The notes under the pieces were generated by a model. It was not told the DNA's origin. It ran no database searches and was given only the letters and a program-made list of their open reading frames with translations. The translations under genes were made by a program, and so were the position numbers. This document shows, piece by piece, positions 36,614 to 48,281 of a stretch of DNA of 64,000 bases. Source of the DNA: Anaeramoeba ignava BMAN (taxonomy: Eukaryota > Protista > Anaeramoebae); contig JAPDFW010000057.1 of assembly GCA_028826165.1 (NCBI GenBank), positions 248,001 through 312,000 on the forward strand, written 5' to 3'. Position 1 is the stretch's first letter; each line of letters starts with the position of its first letter.

Positions 36614-39600
36614 TCAACAACAACCTCCACCTGTTCCTTTTTGTTGTTCTCCATTTTTTGGTGATTCATCGAGAACTCGAATTGATTTTGTTTTCTGAAG
36701 CTGTGGTTGTTTTTGTTTTGAAGTTATAGGATTTTTTTCATCATTCTTTTTGTAAATTTCTATAAAAACAAATTTTATTATAAATTTTGTTTTAAATTTC
36801 ATTTTAAATTTCATTTTAAATTAATTTTTGGATTTAATTTTAAATTTTGTTTTAAATTTCATTTTAAATTTCATTATAAATTTCATTATAAATTTCATTT
36901 TAAATTTCATTATAAATTTCATTTTAAATTTCATTATAAATTTCAATTTAAATTTCATTTTAAATTTTATTATAAATTTTGTTTTAAATTTCATTATAAA
37001 TTTTGTTTTAAATTTCATTTTAAATTTCATTTTAAATTTCATTATAAATTTCATTATAAATTTCATTTTAAATTTCATTATAAATTTTGTTTTAAATTTC
37101 ATTATAAATTTTGTTTTAAATTGTTTTAGTTGATAATAAATTAATAAATTACCAGCAGCAAGGTTTTATAAATAACTTTTAAATTTTTTATAAGTTTTTG
37201 TTTTAAATTTCATTATAAATTTTTGTTTTGAAATTTCATTATAAATTTCATTTTAAATTTATTTCAAATTATATTAAATTTTTTCTTAAGCATTTTTTTA
37301 TAAACAAGTCTTTTTTAAATTATAAATTTTGTTTTAAATTTCATTTTAAATTTCATTTTAAATTTTACTAAATTTTATTATAAATTTTATTATAAATTTT
37401 ATTATAAATTTCATTTTTAAATTTATTTTTAAATTTCATTATAAATTTCATTATAAATTTCATTTTAAATTTCATTATAAATTTCATTTTAAATTTCATT
37501 TTAAATTTCATTATAAATTTTATTATAAATTTTATTATAAATTTTATTATAAATTTCATTATAAATTTCATTTTAAATTTCATTTTAAATTTCATTATAA
37601 ATTTCATTATAAATTTCATTTTAAATTTCATTTTAAATTTCATTATAAATTGTTTTAAATTATTTTAGTTGATAATAAATTAATAAATTACCAGCAGCAA
37701 GGTTTTCAAATAACTGTGAAATATTTGAACCAGTTTTTGTCGGAAGTATATATATGAGGAGCATTTATACTTTGAGCATATCTAAAAATATAAAGCAATG
37801 AAGAAATGAATATACTCAAATTATATTGAAAAATAATTAATTTACTCTAAAGCATCTTTTTCAGAAACAAGTCTTTTTGTTAAATCAGATTTATTTCCTG
37901 CAATAATAAGTACAACATCATTTCCAATCATTTGAATTAACTCTTTAACCCAATCTTTAACTCTCTTAAAACTGTTCTCATCAGTGACATCATAAACAAG
38001 AATAGCTCCTATAATTAAATTTCATTATAAATTTCATTATAAATTTCATTTTAAATTTCATTATAAATTTCATTTTAAATTTCATTATAAATTTCATTTT
38101 AAATTTCATTTTAAATTTCATTATAAATTTCATTTTAAATTTCATTTTAAATTTCATTTTAAATTTCATTTTAAATTTCATTATAAATTTCATTTTAAAT
38201 TTCATTTTAAATTTCATTTTAAATTTCATTTTAAATTTCATTTTAAATTTCATTTTAAATTTCATTTTAAATTTTATTATAAATTTCATTTTAAATTTTG
38301 TTTTAAATTTCATTTTAAATTTCATTATAAATTTCATTTTAAATTTCATTATAAATTTCATTTTAAATTTCATTTTAAATTTCATTTTAAATTTCATTTT
38401 AAATTTCATTTTAAATTTCATTTTAAATTTCATTTTAAATTTCATTTTAAATTTCATTTTAAATTTCATTTTTAAATTTCATTTTAAATTTCATTTTAAA
38501 TTTCATTATAAATTTCATTTTAAATTTCATTTTAAATTTCATTATAAATTTCATTATAAATTTCATTTTAAATTTCATTTTAAATTTCATTTTAAATTTC
38601 ATTTTAAATTTCATTTTAAATTTTAAATTTTGTTTTAAATTTTGTTTTAAATTTCATTTTAAATTTCATTTTAAATTTCATTTTAAATTTCATTTTAAAT
38701 TTCATTATAAATTTCATTTTAAATTTCATTTTAAATTTCATTTTAAATTTCATTTTAAATTTTGTTTTAAATTTTGTTTTAAATTTCATTTTAAATTTTG
38801 TTTTAAATTTCATTTTAAATTTTGTTTTAAATTTCATTTTAAATTTCATTTTAAATTTCATTTTAAATTTCATTTTAAATTTCATTTTAAATTTCATTTT
38901 AAATTTCATTTTAAATTTCATTTTAAATTTCATTTTAAATTTCATTTTAAATTTCATTATAAATTTCATTTTAAATTTTGTTTTAAATTTCATTTTAAAT
39001 TTCATTATAAATTTCATTTTAAATTTCATTTTAAATTTTATTTTAAATTTCATTTTAAATTTCATTTTAAATTTCATTTTAAATTTCATTTTAAATTTCA
39101 TTATAAATTTCATTTTAAATTTCATTTTAAATTTCATTTTAAATTTCATTTTAAATTTCATTTTAAATTTTATTTTAAATTTCATTTTAAATTTCATTTT
39201 AAATTTCATTATAAATTTCATTTTAAATTTTGTTTTAAATTTTGTTTTAAATTTCATTATAAATTTTGTTTTAAATTTCATTTTAAATTTATAATTAAAT
39301 TTCATTATAAATTTCATTTTAAATTTCATTTTAAATTTTATTATAAATTTCATTTTAAATTTTGTTTTAAATTTTGTTTTAAATTTCATTATAAATTTCA
39401 TTTTAAATTTCATTTTAAATTTTGTTAAATTTCATTTTAAATTTTCATTTTAAATTTCATTTTAAATTTCATTTTAAATTTCATTTTAAATTTCATTTTA
39501 AATTTCATTATAAATTTCATTATAAATTTCATTATAAATTTCATTATAAATTTCATTATAAATTTCATTATAAATTTCATTATAAATTTCATTTTAAATT

Positions 39601-40120
39601 TCATTTTAAATTTTGTTATAAATTTTATTTTAAATTTTGTTTTAAATTTCATTTTAAAAAAATAATACCTTTTGCTTCACGATAATACATTGGATTTACT
39701 GCACGAAATTGTTCTTGTCCAGCTGTATCCTAATTAAAAACAATAGAATAAAATTTTTTGATGAAAAAAAAAGAGAAAAAAATAGAAAAAAGATTTTTTA
39801 CCCAAATTGAAAGTTTTATTTTGTTTTTATTGTATTCAACTTCTTTTTCCATATAAGATGCATGTTTTGTTCTTGGAATATCTGTTTCAAAAGAATTATT
39901 CATATATCGAAGAAGAATACTTGTTTTCCCAACTCTTCCTTTTAAATTATTTATTTTATATATTATTATTTTATTATTTTATAAATTTTTTTTGGATTGG
40001 ATTTTAAATCAAAATTAAATTGAAAATTTGGATATTTTGATTTTGTATTTTTGTTTTATTTTGTGTTTTTGATAAAAAAAATTTACCTTCACCTAATAAA
40101 ACAACTTTATAAGCAATCAT
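36614..40120 (-). CDS. RAB21: Rab GTPase, Rab21-like; 6 exons; apparent +1 frameshift near 37740
   Basis: YKVVLLGE|GRVGKTS, IW|DTAGQEQF...YYREAK|GAILVYDVT, IAGNKSDL and TS(A)KTG.NI motifs; C-terminus GGGCC. Confidence 0.8.
38012..39660. repeat. 12-bp tandem repeat (AAATTTCATTTT/AAATTTCATTAT)n filling a Rab intron; same unit at 36780-37650 and in G-alpha intron 6
   Basis: Directly visible; the MKFK ORFs in the track are translations of it. Confidence 0.9.
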
Positions 40121-40212
40121 AAAAAAGAAAAAAAAATGGAAAAAGAAAAAAATAACAAAAATTTTTTTTTCATTTTTTTTTCATTTTTTTTTTCATTTTT
40201 TTTTTTATAAAT

Positions 40213-41985
40213 ATGAGACGTACTGGTAAAAAAGGTCCTTTGTTTGGTATTAATCTAGATAATAATTCAACTAGAATTCCTATTGTTATTCAAGATACTG
40301 TTGAACATTTAATGAAAAATGATAGTAAATCAAATTCTTTTTTTTTTTGAAATTTTTTTCTCCTTTTAAATTAAATAAAATGTATTTTAATTGAAAACAA
40401 ATTTGCAAAAAAAAAGATATTGATGCAGAAGGAATTTTTCGAATTTCAGGAAGTTCAATTCAAATTCAAGAACTTAAACGAAAATATGATAACGGTATTT
40501 AATTTAATTTTAATTTTTAATTTAATTTTATTTTTATTTTTAATTTTATTTTTAATTTTTTAATTTTATTTTAGGGAAAACACCAAATTTAGATAAAGTT
40601 TCAAGTCCTCATATTGTTTCTGGTTTATTAAAATTATTTTTAAGAGAATTACCTGAACCTCTTCTTTCTTTTGAATTATATGATGTTTTTGTTGCTGTTC
40701 ATTGTAAAAAAATTAAATTAAAAATAAATTAAAATTAAATTAAATTTAAAATTCATTTTAAAAAATAATTCAATAGCAATTAATGATGCTCAACAAAGAC
40801 TTGATAGAATTAAAAAAGTTCTTCATGAAATGCTTCCAATCGGTAGACAAGCTTTATTAAAATATTTGATGAATTTTCTTTGTAAAAAAAATTAAAAAAT
40901 TAAAAATTAAAAATTAAATTAAAAAATTTTATTTTTAATTTTAATTTTTATTTATATTTATAAAAGATAATGTATCTCAACGTGTTGAAGCAAATAAAAT
41001 GAGTGCAGCTAATTTGGCAATTGTTTTTGGCCCAAATATTTTAAGACATGAAAAAGATAGTATGGAAATTATGATAACAGAAACTCCAGCTGTTACTGGA
41101 ATAACTTTTACATTTATTGAACAATATCATTTTATTTTTGATGTAAAAATTAAAATTCATTTATAAATTTAAATTCATTTATAAATTTAAATTCATTTAT
41201 AAATTAAAATTCATTTATAAACTAAAATTAAAATTCAATTATAAACTAAAATTCATTTATAAATTTAAATTAAAATTCATTTATAAATTTAAATTAAAAT
41301 TCATTTATAAATTTAAATTAAAATTCATTTATAAATTAAAATTCAATTATAAATTTAAATTCAATTATAAATTTAAACTAAAATTCATTTATAAACTAAA
41401 ATTCATTTATAAATTAAAATTAAAATTCATTTTAAATTAAAATTAAAATTCATTTTAAATTAAAATTAAAATTCATTTATAAATTAAAATTCAATTATAA
41501 ATTTAAAATTCATTTAAAAATTAAAATTCATTTATAAATTTAAATTCAATTATAAATTAAAATTCATTTATAAATTTAAATTCATTTATAAATTTAAATT
41601 CATTTATAAATTAAAATTCATTTATAAATTTAAAATTCATTTATAAATTAAAATTAAAATTCATTTATAAATTTAAAATTAAAATTCATTTATAAATTTA
41701 AATTATTATTGAATTTTTAAGTCAATGGAAATTCCAGAACCTCCAAAAGAAAAAACAAAGAAAGAATTAAAAAAAGAAGAAAAATTATTAAAAAAACAAG
41801 AAAAGAATGAAAAACGAAAGAAAAATGAAGAAACAAATGAAATTCCACAAAAAACAGCACCAAGTCTCCCAAAAAAACCACCACAACTTCCATCAAGACC
41901 TCCTGAAATTAATTTAAAAATTTTATCGTTAATTAATGATATAGAAAAAAGAAATCGTCCTTTACCTCCTGATCCAATATTTTGA
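40213..41985 (+). CDS. RhoGAP-domain protein with Pro-rich C-terminal tail, 6 exons
   Basis: LFGI.L...IPIVI, EGIFRISG (arginine finger), GLLKLFLRELPEPLL and NKMSAANLAIVFGPNIL motifs. Confidence 0.9.
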
Positions 41986-42293
41986 TTCAATATTTTAATC
42001 CAATATTTTTTTTGCTTTTTGCTTTTTGAATTTTGCTTTGCTTTTTTTTAAAAAATATCACAAATTATTTGTGAATCGAAATCAAAAAGAAAAAAAAATT
42101 ATTTAAATTTATGTTTTATGTTTTATGTTTTATGTTTTATGTTTTGTTAATGTCTTTTTTTTTTTATTTTTTTTTTGAAATTTGTAAATGTCATTTTTAT
42201 TTAAAAAAAAAAATGGAACAAAATAAATTCCACTTTTTTTGTTTTTAATTCATTTTTCTTTTTTTTTTTCTTAAATAAAAATTTAAAGAAAAG

Positions 42294-44129
42294 ATGTTAA
42301 AACTATTCAAAATTTTTTCTAAAAATAAATCTTTAAATCAAATTTGGTAAAAGAAAAAAAAACAATTTTAATTTTCATTTTTTTTTCATTTTTTTTTCAT
42401 TTTTTAAAAAAATAGGAAATTAGGAAATTCTCAATATAAACATTCTACAAATATAATTAGAAATTTAAAAATTTCAATTTCAATGTAAAAAACAAAAACC
42501 AAAAATTTAATTTTTAATTGAATTAATTTTTTTAAAAAAAAAAATAAAAAGAGAAAAATTAAAAATCAAAAATTTTAATTGAATTAATTTTTAAAAATAA
42601 AAAGAGAAAAATTAAAAATCAAAAATTTCAAAAATATTATTCAATTAAAAATATTTCTTTAATTAAAAATTTTATTCAATTAAAAAAATTTTATTCAATT
42701 AAAAAAATTTTATTCAATTAAAAAAATTTTATTCAATTAAAAAAATTTTATTCAATTAAAAAAATTTTATTCAATTAAAAAAATTTATTCAATTAAAAAT
42801 AGACAATATAAACAAAGCATTAAAGAATATAACAAATTTAGAAGAAGATTTAAAAACCAAAAACTTAAAAAGAACAAAAAGAAAAGCAAAAAAAAATACA
42901 TTTCTTGAATTGGATCAACAAAATCAATTTAGTCAATTATCTCATTTAAATTTAAATTTTAATTTAATTCAAGAACCTTTATTTATTACAGAGAGTTCAA
43001 CTAATGTAAAGAAAAAAAATTAAAATTATTTTTAATGATTAAAAATTTATTCAATTTATTTTCTTATTAAAAAAAAAAAAGAAAAAAAAAATCCAAGCTA
43101 AAAAAGAAGAAATTACTCTTGATGAAGAAAATCAAGAAATAGAAATCAATTTAAATAATTTAAACAATGAAAATTATCAAATTGATTCTTTAAATACAGT
43201 AATTTTCAATGAAGAATTAGAAGAAGTAAATGGAATTTTATTTGAAAATGATGGTAAAAAAAATTTAGAAAATAAAAAATATTGGAATTTTAAATTTATT
43301 TTAAACAAAAACAAAAATAAAAAGAACCTTTTGAAACTCAAAGAATTTATTTAGAAAATCCTTTTAGAATTAATCAAATTGAAGAAGAAATTTTTGATTC
43401 ATTTTCTCAAATGAATGAATTAGATTTTGAAGACGAAAATGATAATAATTTAGAAAGAAAAAAAAGAAGAAAGAAAAACAAAAACAAAAAGAAACAATTT
43501 CAATTTCTTGATAAAGAAAATAATTTAGATTCAAAATTTATTAAAGAAATGATTGAAAATACAAAAGATATTGTTATTAATAGAATAGAAAGAGAAATAA
43601 GAAGGAAAAACAATTTAGATTTAAAAATTTTTATAAAACCATTTAATGAAAATTTATGGCCAAAAAAAGTAGGAGATTTTTTGAATATTTTTTATGAAGA
43701 TTTAGATGATAATTTAAATGAAGATTTAATTGAAAATGAAAATTTAAATTTAGATGATAATTTAGATGATAATTTAAATGAAAATGAAAATTTAAATTTA
43801 ATTGAAGATGATAATTTAATTGAAGATGAAAATGATAATTTAAATTTAATTGAAGATGATAATTTAATTGAAAATGAAGATTTAAATTTAATTGAAATGG
43901 AAATGAAAATTCTTGGAAAGAAATTTTACAAGTTTTTCAAGATTCAAAAGATTCAAAAGATTCAAAAGATTCAAAAGATTCAAACCAAATTTATTTTTCA
44001 GAAATTGTAAATGGAATGTCAAAATCAAAAGTTTCTTATTTTTTTTATGAAATTTTAGTTTTGAAAAATTTAGAGAAAATAGATTTAATTCAAGAAGAAC
44101 CATTTCAAGAAATAAAAATAATTCTTTAA
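42294..44129 (+). CDS. Rad21/Rec8-family kleisin (cohesin subunit), divergent; frame problems at ~42480-42800 and ~43896
   Basis: C-terminal winged-helix signature FSEIVNGMSKSKVSYFFYEILVLKNLEKIDLIQEEPFQEIKI, read in a shifted frame; N-terminal LNQIW|KLG resembles Rad21_Rec8_N. Confidence 0.65.
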
Positions 44130-44153
44130 AAAAAGAAAAAAGAAATTTTTTTT

Positions 44154-46690
44154 TTAAATCAAAAAAACAAAGAAAAAAATGAAAGAAAAAATGGATTGAA
44201 TGAGAAAATTTGCTTTTGAAGCATCAATTTTTTGGATTTGATATTGAATTTGAAAAACATCAGAAGAATTTTCACTGTTTGTTAAATTGATAAACAAAAT
44301 ATCAAAATCACCTTGAATTCCAACTCCACTTGTTATGACTTGAAAATTGGTTAATTGAGATTCAATTAGTGATTGAGTTCCTGAAAGAGTAATGTTTTGA
44401 GTCTGAGAAATTGATGCTGATTTCATTTCGAAAGAATTGAGTTGAAGATCAAGTTGCAAAGTTTGGTTATCAGGATTATTAATAACAAAATTGAGAATGA
44501 AACTACTTGATGAGAAAACAAATTTATTTTGTTGATTTTGGCAATTTGATGAGCATGTTGCATAAATTGAGGCTTGATCGTATTTGTTTTCAACGAAAAA
44601 TGATAAGGTTTTATTGAAGGAAACAAGATCATTTTTCACCATGAATTCCAGTTGCAAATCACCACTTAAATTGCCTTTAGGTTCAATTGAGATTTCAAAA
44701 GGACTTGCGCTATTGAGTGCACTTGAAGAACCTGAAGTGATTGTGTCACCAACAAAAATATTGCTTTCATTCACTTTGATTTGTGTTCCTGTCATTGGAT
44801 CTCCGATCCAAACAATCTCCCAATTTGAGTCAAGATTTCCTGATAGAGAGTCTTCGAAAATCAACTCAACTGATACAAATTCATCTTCTTTTAAATTAAC
44901 TGAATTATAAGTGAGATTTATGTTGGAATTGTTTAAATTCAGGTTGACCATATTGGATATTGAGTTGGAACTTGTGGATCGCAAAGTAAACAGAAAACTG
45001 GCAGTAAAATCACTATCGTTATTGGAGAAATCCATCAAGTACTTGAAATCAAGAGTTCCTGTTTGTGCGGGAGAGACTATATCGATGGGAACTCCGTTTT
45101 CAACTTGAGTTTCATTGTAAAAAAGTATACCATCAATAAGACCAACTGTAAAATTTGTAACTTGGAATCCAGATTGATCCTCGTAATTGAGAGTGAATGT
45201 AACATTTTGAATACTTGACATGTACAGATCGAATTCATTAGGGAAGAAGTTGGGGCCATCCACAGAAGAGTTTATAACTATGGCGAGGAAAGTGCCATTT
45301 TTTTCCCAAGTTGAATCATAATTAAGATCAAGAAAGAAAATATTATAATCAATTGTGCAGTTGATAGTTTCTCCTGGACTATTAGGTGTTTGTATCCCGA
45401 TAGTCGTCTCATTGATATCGAGAGTGTGAGGAAATGATATCAGTAGTGGTGGATCCCCTGCATAGATACTGCAACCAGCTCCATTACTTGAAGTGTTGAG
45501 TAGTTCTATTTGGTGAATAGAAGAATTTGTAAATGAATAAAGATCGTTGAAATCGAATGAATGATAATATCCTGAATTGTATGTTTTATTATTAGAAATT
45601 TGAGCACTCCAGCCTGGAATTCCAGCGAGATAATTATCTAATATTTCTGATGGTGTGAGGATTCTATCATAAGTTCCAACGTAATAAGCGTTGTGTTTCA
45701 TGATCAGCAAATCACAAGGAAAAAAATAATCAATTGTTGAATTGAGAGTAGTTGAACCAATATAAACAGAATTGAGATAAAGACTCTGATTTCCAGGTTG
45801 CCAATTGATTAAAAGATGTTTTGGAGTAGTTCCTATAATTCCACCGGGCATATATATCGATCCACTTTCTAATTGTGTTGATCCTGAATATACTTCAGTG
45901 TAAATTGAGTTTCCATTTGATTCAATTTGTGGATAAATGTGAACGTATGCTGGATCGCTTAAATCTCCAATTAATATTTTTGGGTTAACTCCTGAATTAG
46001 ATACCCATATTTCAATTGAAAATGTTGAATTTTCTTGATAATTGCTATTAAGGTATTGAGCTAGAGGTATTGAACTTTCTGTTACTGATATTCCTTTTTT
46101 GTTAAATATTAAATTAAATATTAAATTAAATATTAAATTAAATATTAAATTAAATATTAAATATTAAATTAAATATTAAAATAAATATTAAAATAAATAT
46201 TAAAATAAAAATTAAATATTAAATTAAATATTAAAATAAATATTAATATTAAATATTAAAATAAATATTAAATTAAATATTAAAATAAATATTAAATTAA
46301 ATATTAAATTAAATATTAAATTAAATATTATATTAAATATTAAATTAAATATTAAAATAAATATTAAATTAAATATTAAATTAAATATTTAAATAAATAT
46401 TAAATATTAAATATTAAATATTTAAATGAGAATAAATATAAGAATAGATCAAAAAAAGGGGAAAAAATAATACCAGCTGTAGTTTGAGAATTTGTAATAT
46501 AATTCCATAAAGGACCTTGAGCAAGTGCAGTTACATTAAATTCTGTATTACCAGATAAAATACAAGAAAGTTTAGAATTATATTGTCTTTGAAATGTATA
46601 AGCATAAGTTGCTGGTTTAACTCGTGAACAAAAAATCATTCCCATTATGGAAATTATTAATAAAATTTGTGATAAAATATTTTTTACCAT
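44154..46690 (-). CDS. Secreted/surface glycoprotein with LamG/ConA-like domain and GPI-like hydrophobic C-terminus; 2 exons
   Basis: Signal peptide; FSIEIWV...KHLLINW...LYLNSV...YDRILTPSEILDNYLAG (LamG3-like); many N-X-S/T sites; terminal hydrophobic stretch with no cytosolic tail. Confidence 0.65.
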
Positions 46691-47112
46691 TTTTATCTTT
46701 GTTTTTATTGTTTTCTTTTTTTAAAAAAAATAGCAAAAAAAAAATGAATTTTGAAATAAATTTTGAAATAAATATTGAAATAAATTTTAAAAATAAATAT
46801 TAAAAATATTTATCAATAAATTTTAAAATAAATTTTTATAAATAAATTAAATTTTGAAATAAATATTGAAATAAATTTTAAATAATAAATTTTAAAATAA
46901 ATTTTAAAAATAAAAATAAAATAAATATTAAATTTTAAAAAATAAAATTTTTAAAATAAATATTAAATTGAAATAAATTTTGTAATAAATATTAAAATAA
47001 ATATTAGAATAAATTTTAAAATAAATTTTAAAATAAATATTAAATCGAGAATAAATTTTGATCAAAAAAAAAATAATAAATAAATTTTGAAATAAATTTT
47101 TGTAATAAATTT

Positions 47113-47368
47113 TAAAGGACCTTGAGCAAGTGCAGTTACATTAAATTCTGTATTACCAGATAAAATACAAGAAAGTTTAGAATTATATTGTCTTTGAAAT
47201 GTATAAGCATAAGTTGCTGGTTTAACTCGTGAACAAAAAATCATTCCCATTATGGAAATTATTAATAAAATTTGTGATAAAATATTTTTTACCATTTTTA
47301 TCTTTGTTTTTATTGTTTTCTTTTTTTAAAAAAAATAGCAAAAAAAAAATGAATTTTGAAATAAATTT
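47113..47368 (-). pseudogene. Near-identical truncated duplicate of exon 1 and upstream region of the 46690 gene
   Basis: Matches ~46508-46760 but stops before the donor site and runs into repeats. Confidence 0.7.
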
Positions 47369-48250
47369 TGTAATAAATTTTGAAACAAATTTTGTAATAA
47401 ATTTTGAAACAAATTTTGTAATAAATTTTGAAATGGATTTTGAAATAAATTTTGAAATAAATTTTGAAATAAATTTTGTAATAAATATTGAAATAAATTT
47501 TGAAATAAATTTTGTAATAAATTTTGAAATAAATTTTGTAATAAATTTTGGAATAAATTTTGAAATAAATTTTGTAATAAATTTTGTAATAAATTTTGAA
47601 ATGGATTTTGAAATGGATTTTGAAATAAATTTTGGAATAAATTTTGTAATAAATTTTTAAATAAATTTTGTAATAAATTTTGAAATAAATTTTGTAATAA
47701 ATTTTGTAATAAATTTTGAAACAAATTTTGTAATAAATTTTGAAATAAATTTTGGAATAAATTTTGAATAAATTTTGTAATAAATATTGAAATAAATTTT
47801 GTAATAAATTTTAAATGAATTTTGAAATGGATTTTGAAATGGATTTTGTAATAAATTTTGTAATAAATTTTGAAATAAATATTATATTAAATTTTGAAAT
47901 AAATATTGTAATAAATTTTGAAATAAATTTTGTAATAAATTTTGAAATAAATTTTGTAATAAATTTTGTAATAAATTTTGAAATAAATTTTGAAATAAAT
48001 TTTGAAATAAATTTTGAAATAAATTTTGAAATAAATTGTAATAAATTTTGTAATAAATTTTGAAATAAATTTTAAATAAATTTTGTAATAAATTTTGTAA
48101 TAAATTTTAGAATAAATTTTGAAATAAATTTTAAAATAAATTTTGTAATAAATATTGTAATAAATTTTATAATAAATTTTGAAATAAATTTTGGAATAAA
48201 TTTTGAAATAAATTTTGGAATAAATTTTGAAATAAATTTTGAAATGGATT
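47350..48250. repeat. 12-bp repeat (AAATAAATTTTG/TAATAAATTTTG)n
   Basis: Directly visible. Confidence 0.9.
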
Positions 48251-48281
48251 TTGTTTTTGAATTTTGATTTGAAAATGGAAT

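Noticed and set aside
36821-39685. Long ORFs such as MKFKMKF..., FNFNFN, ILILIL and FQNLLQN in the ORF track
   Set aside because: They are translations of intronic or intergenic simple repeats, or antisense to real genes.
1289-40120. Functional cluster of endolysosomal genes (HPS1, NPC2-like, BEACH, NPC1-NTD, Rab21)
   Set aside because: They are interspersed with unrelated genes and trafficking genes are abundant in such genomes, so it cannot be distinguished from chance here.
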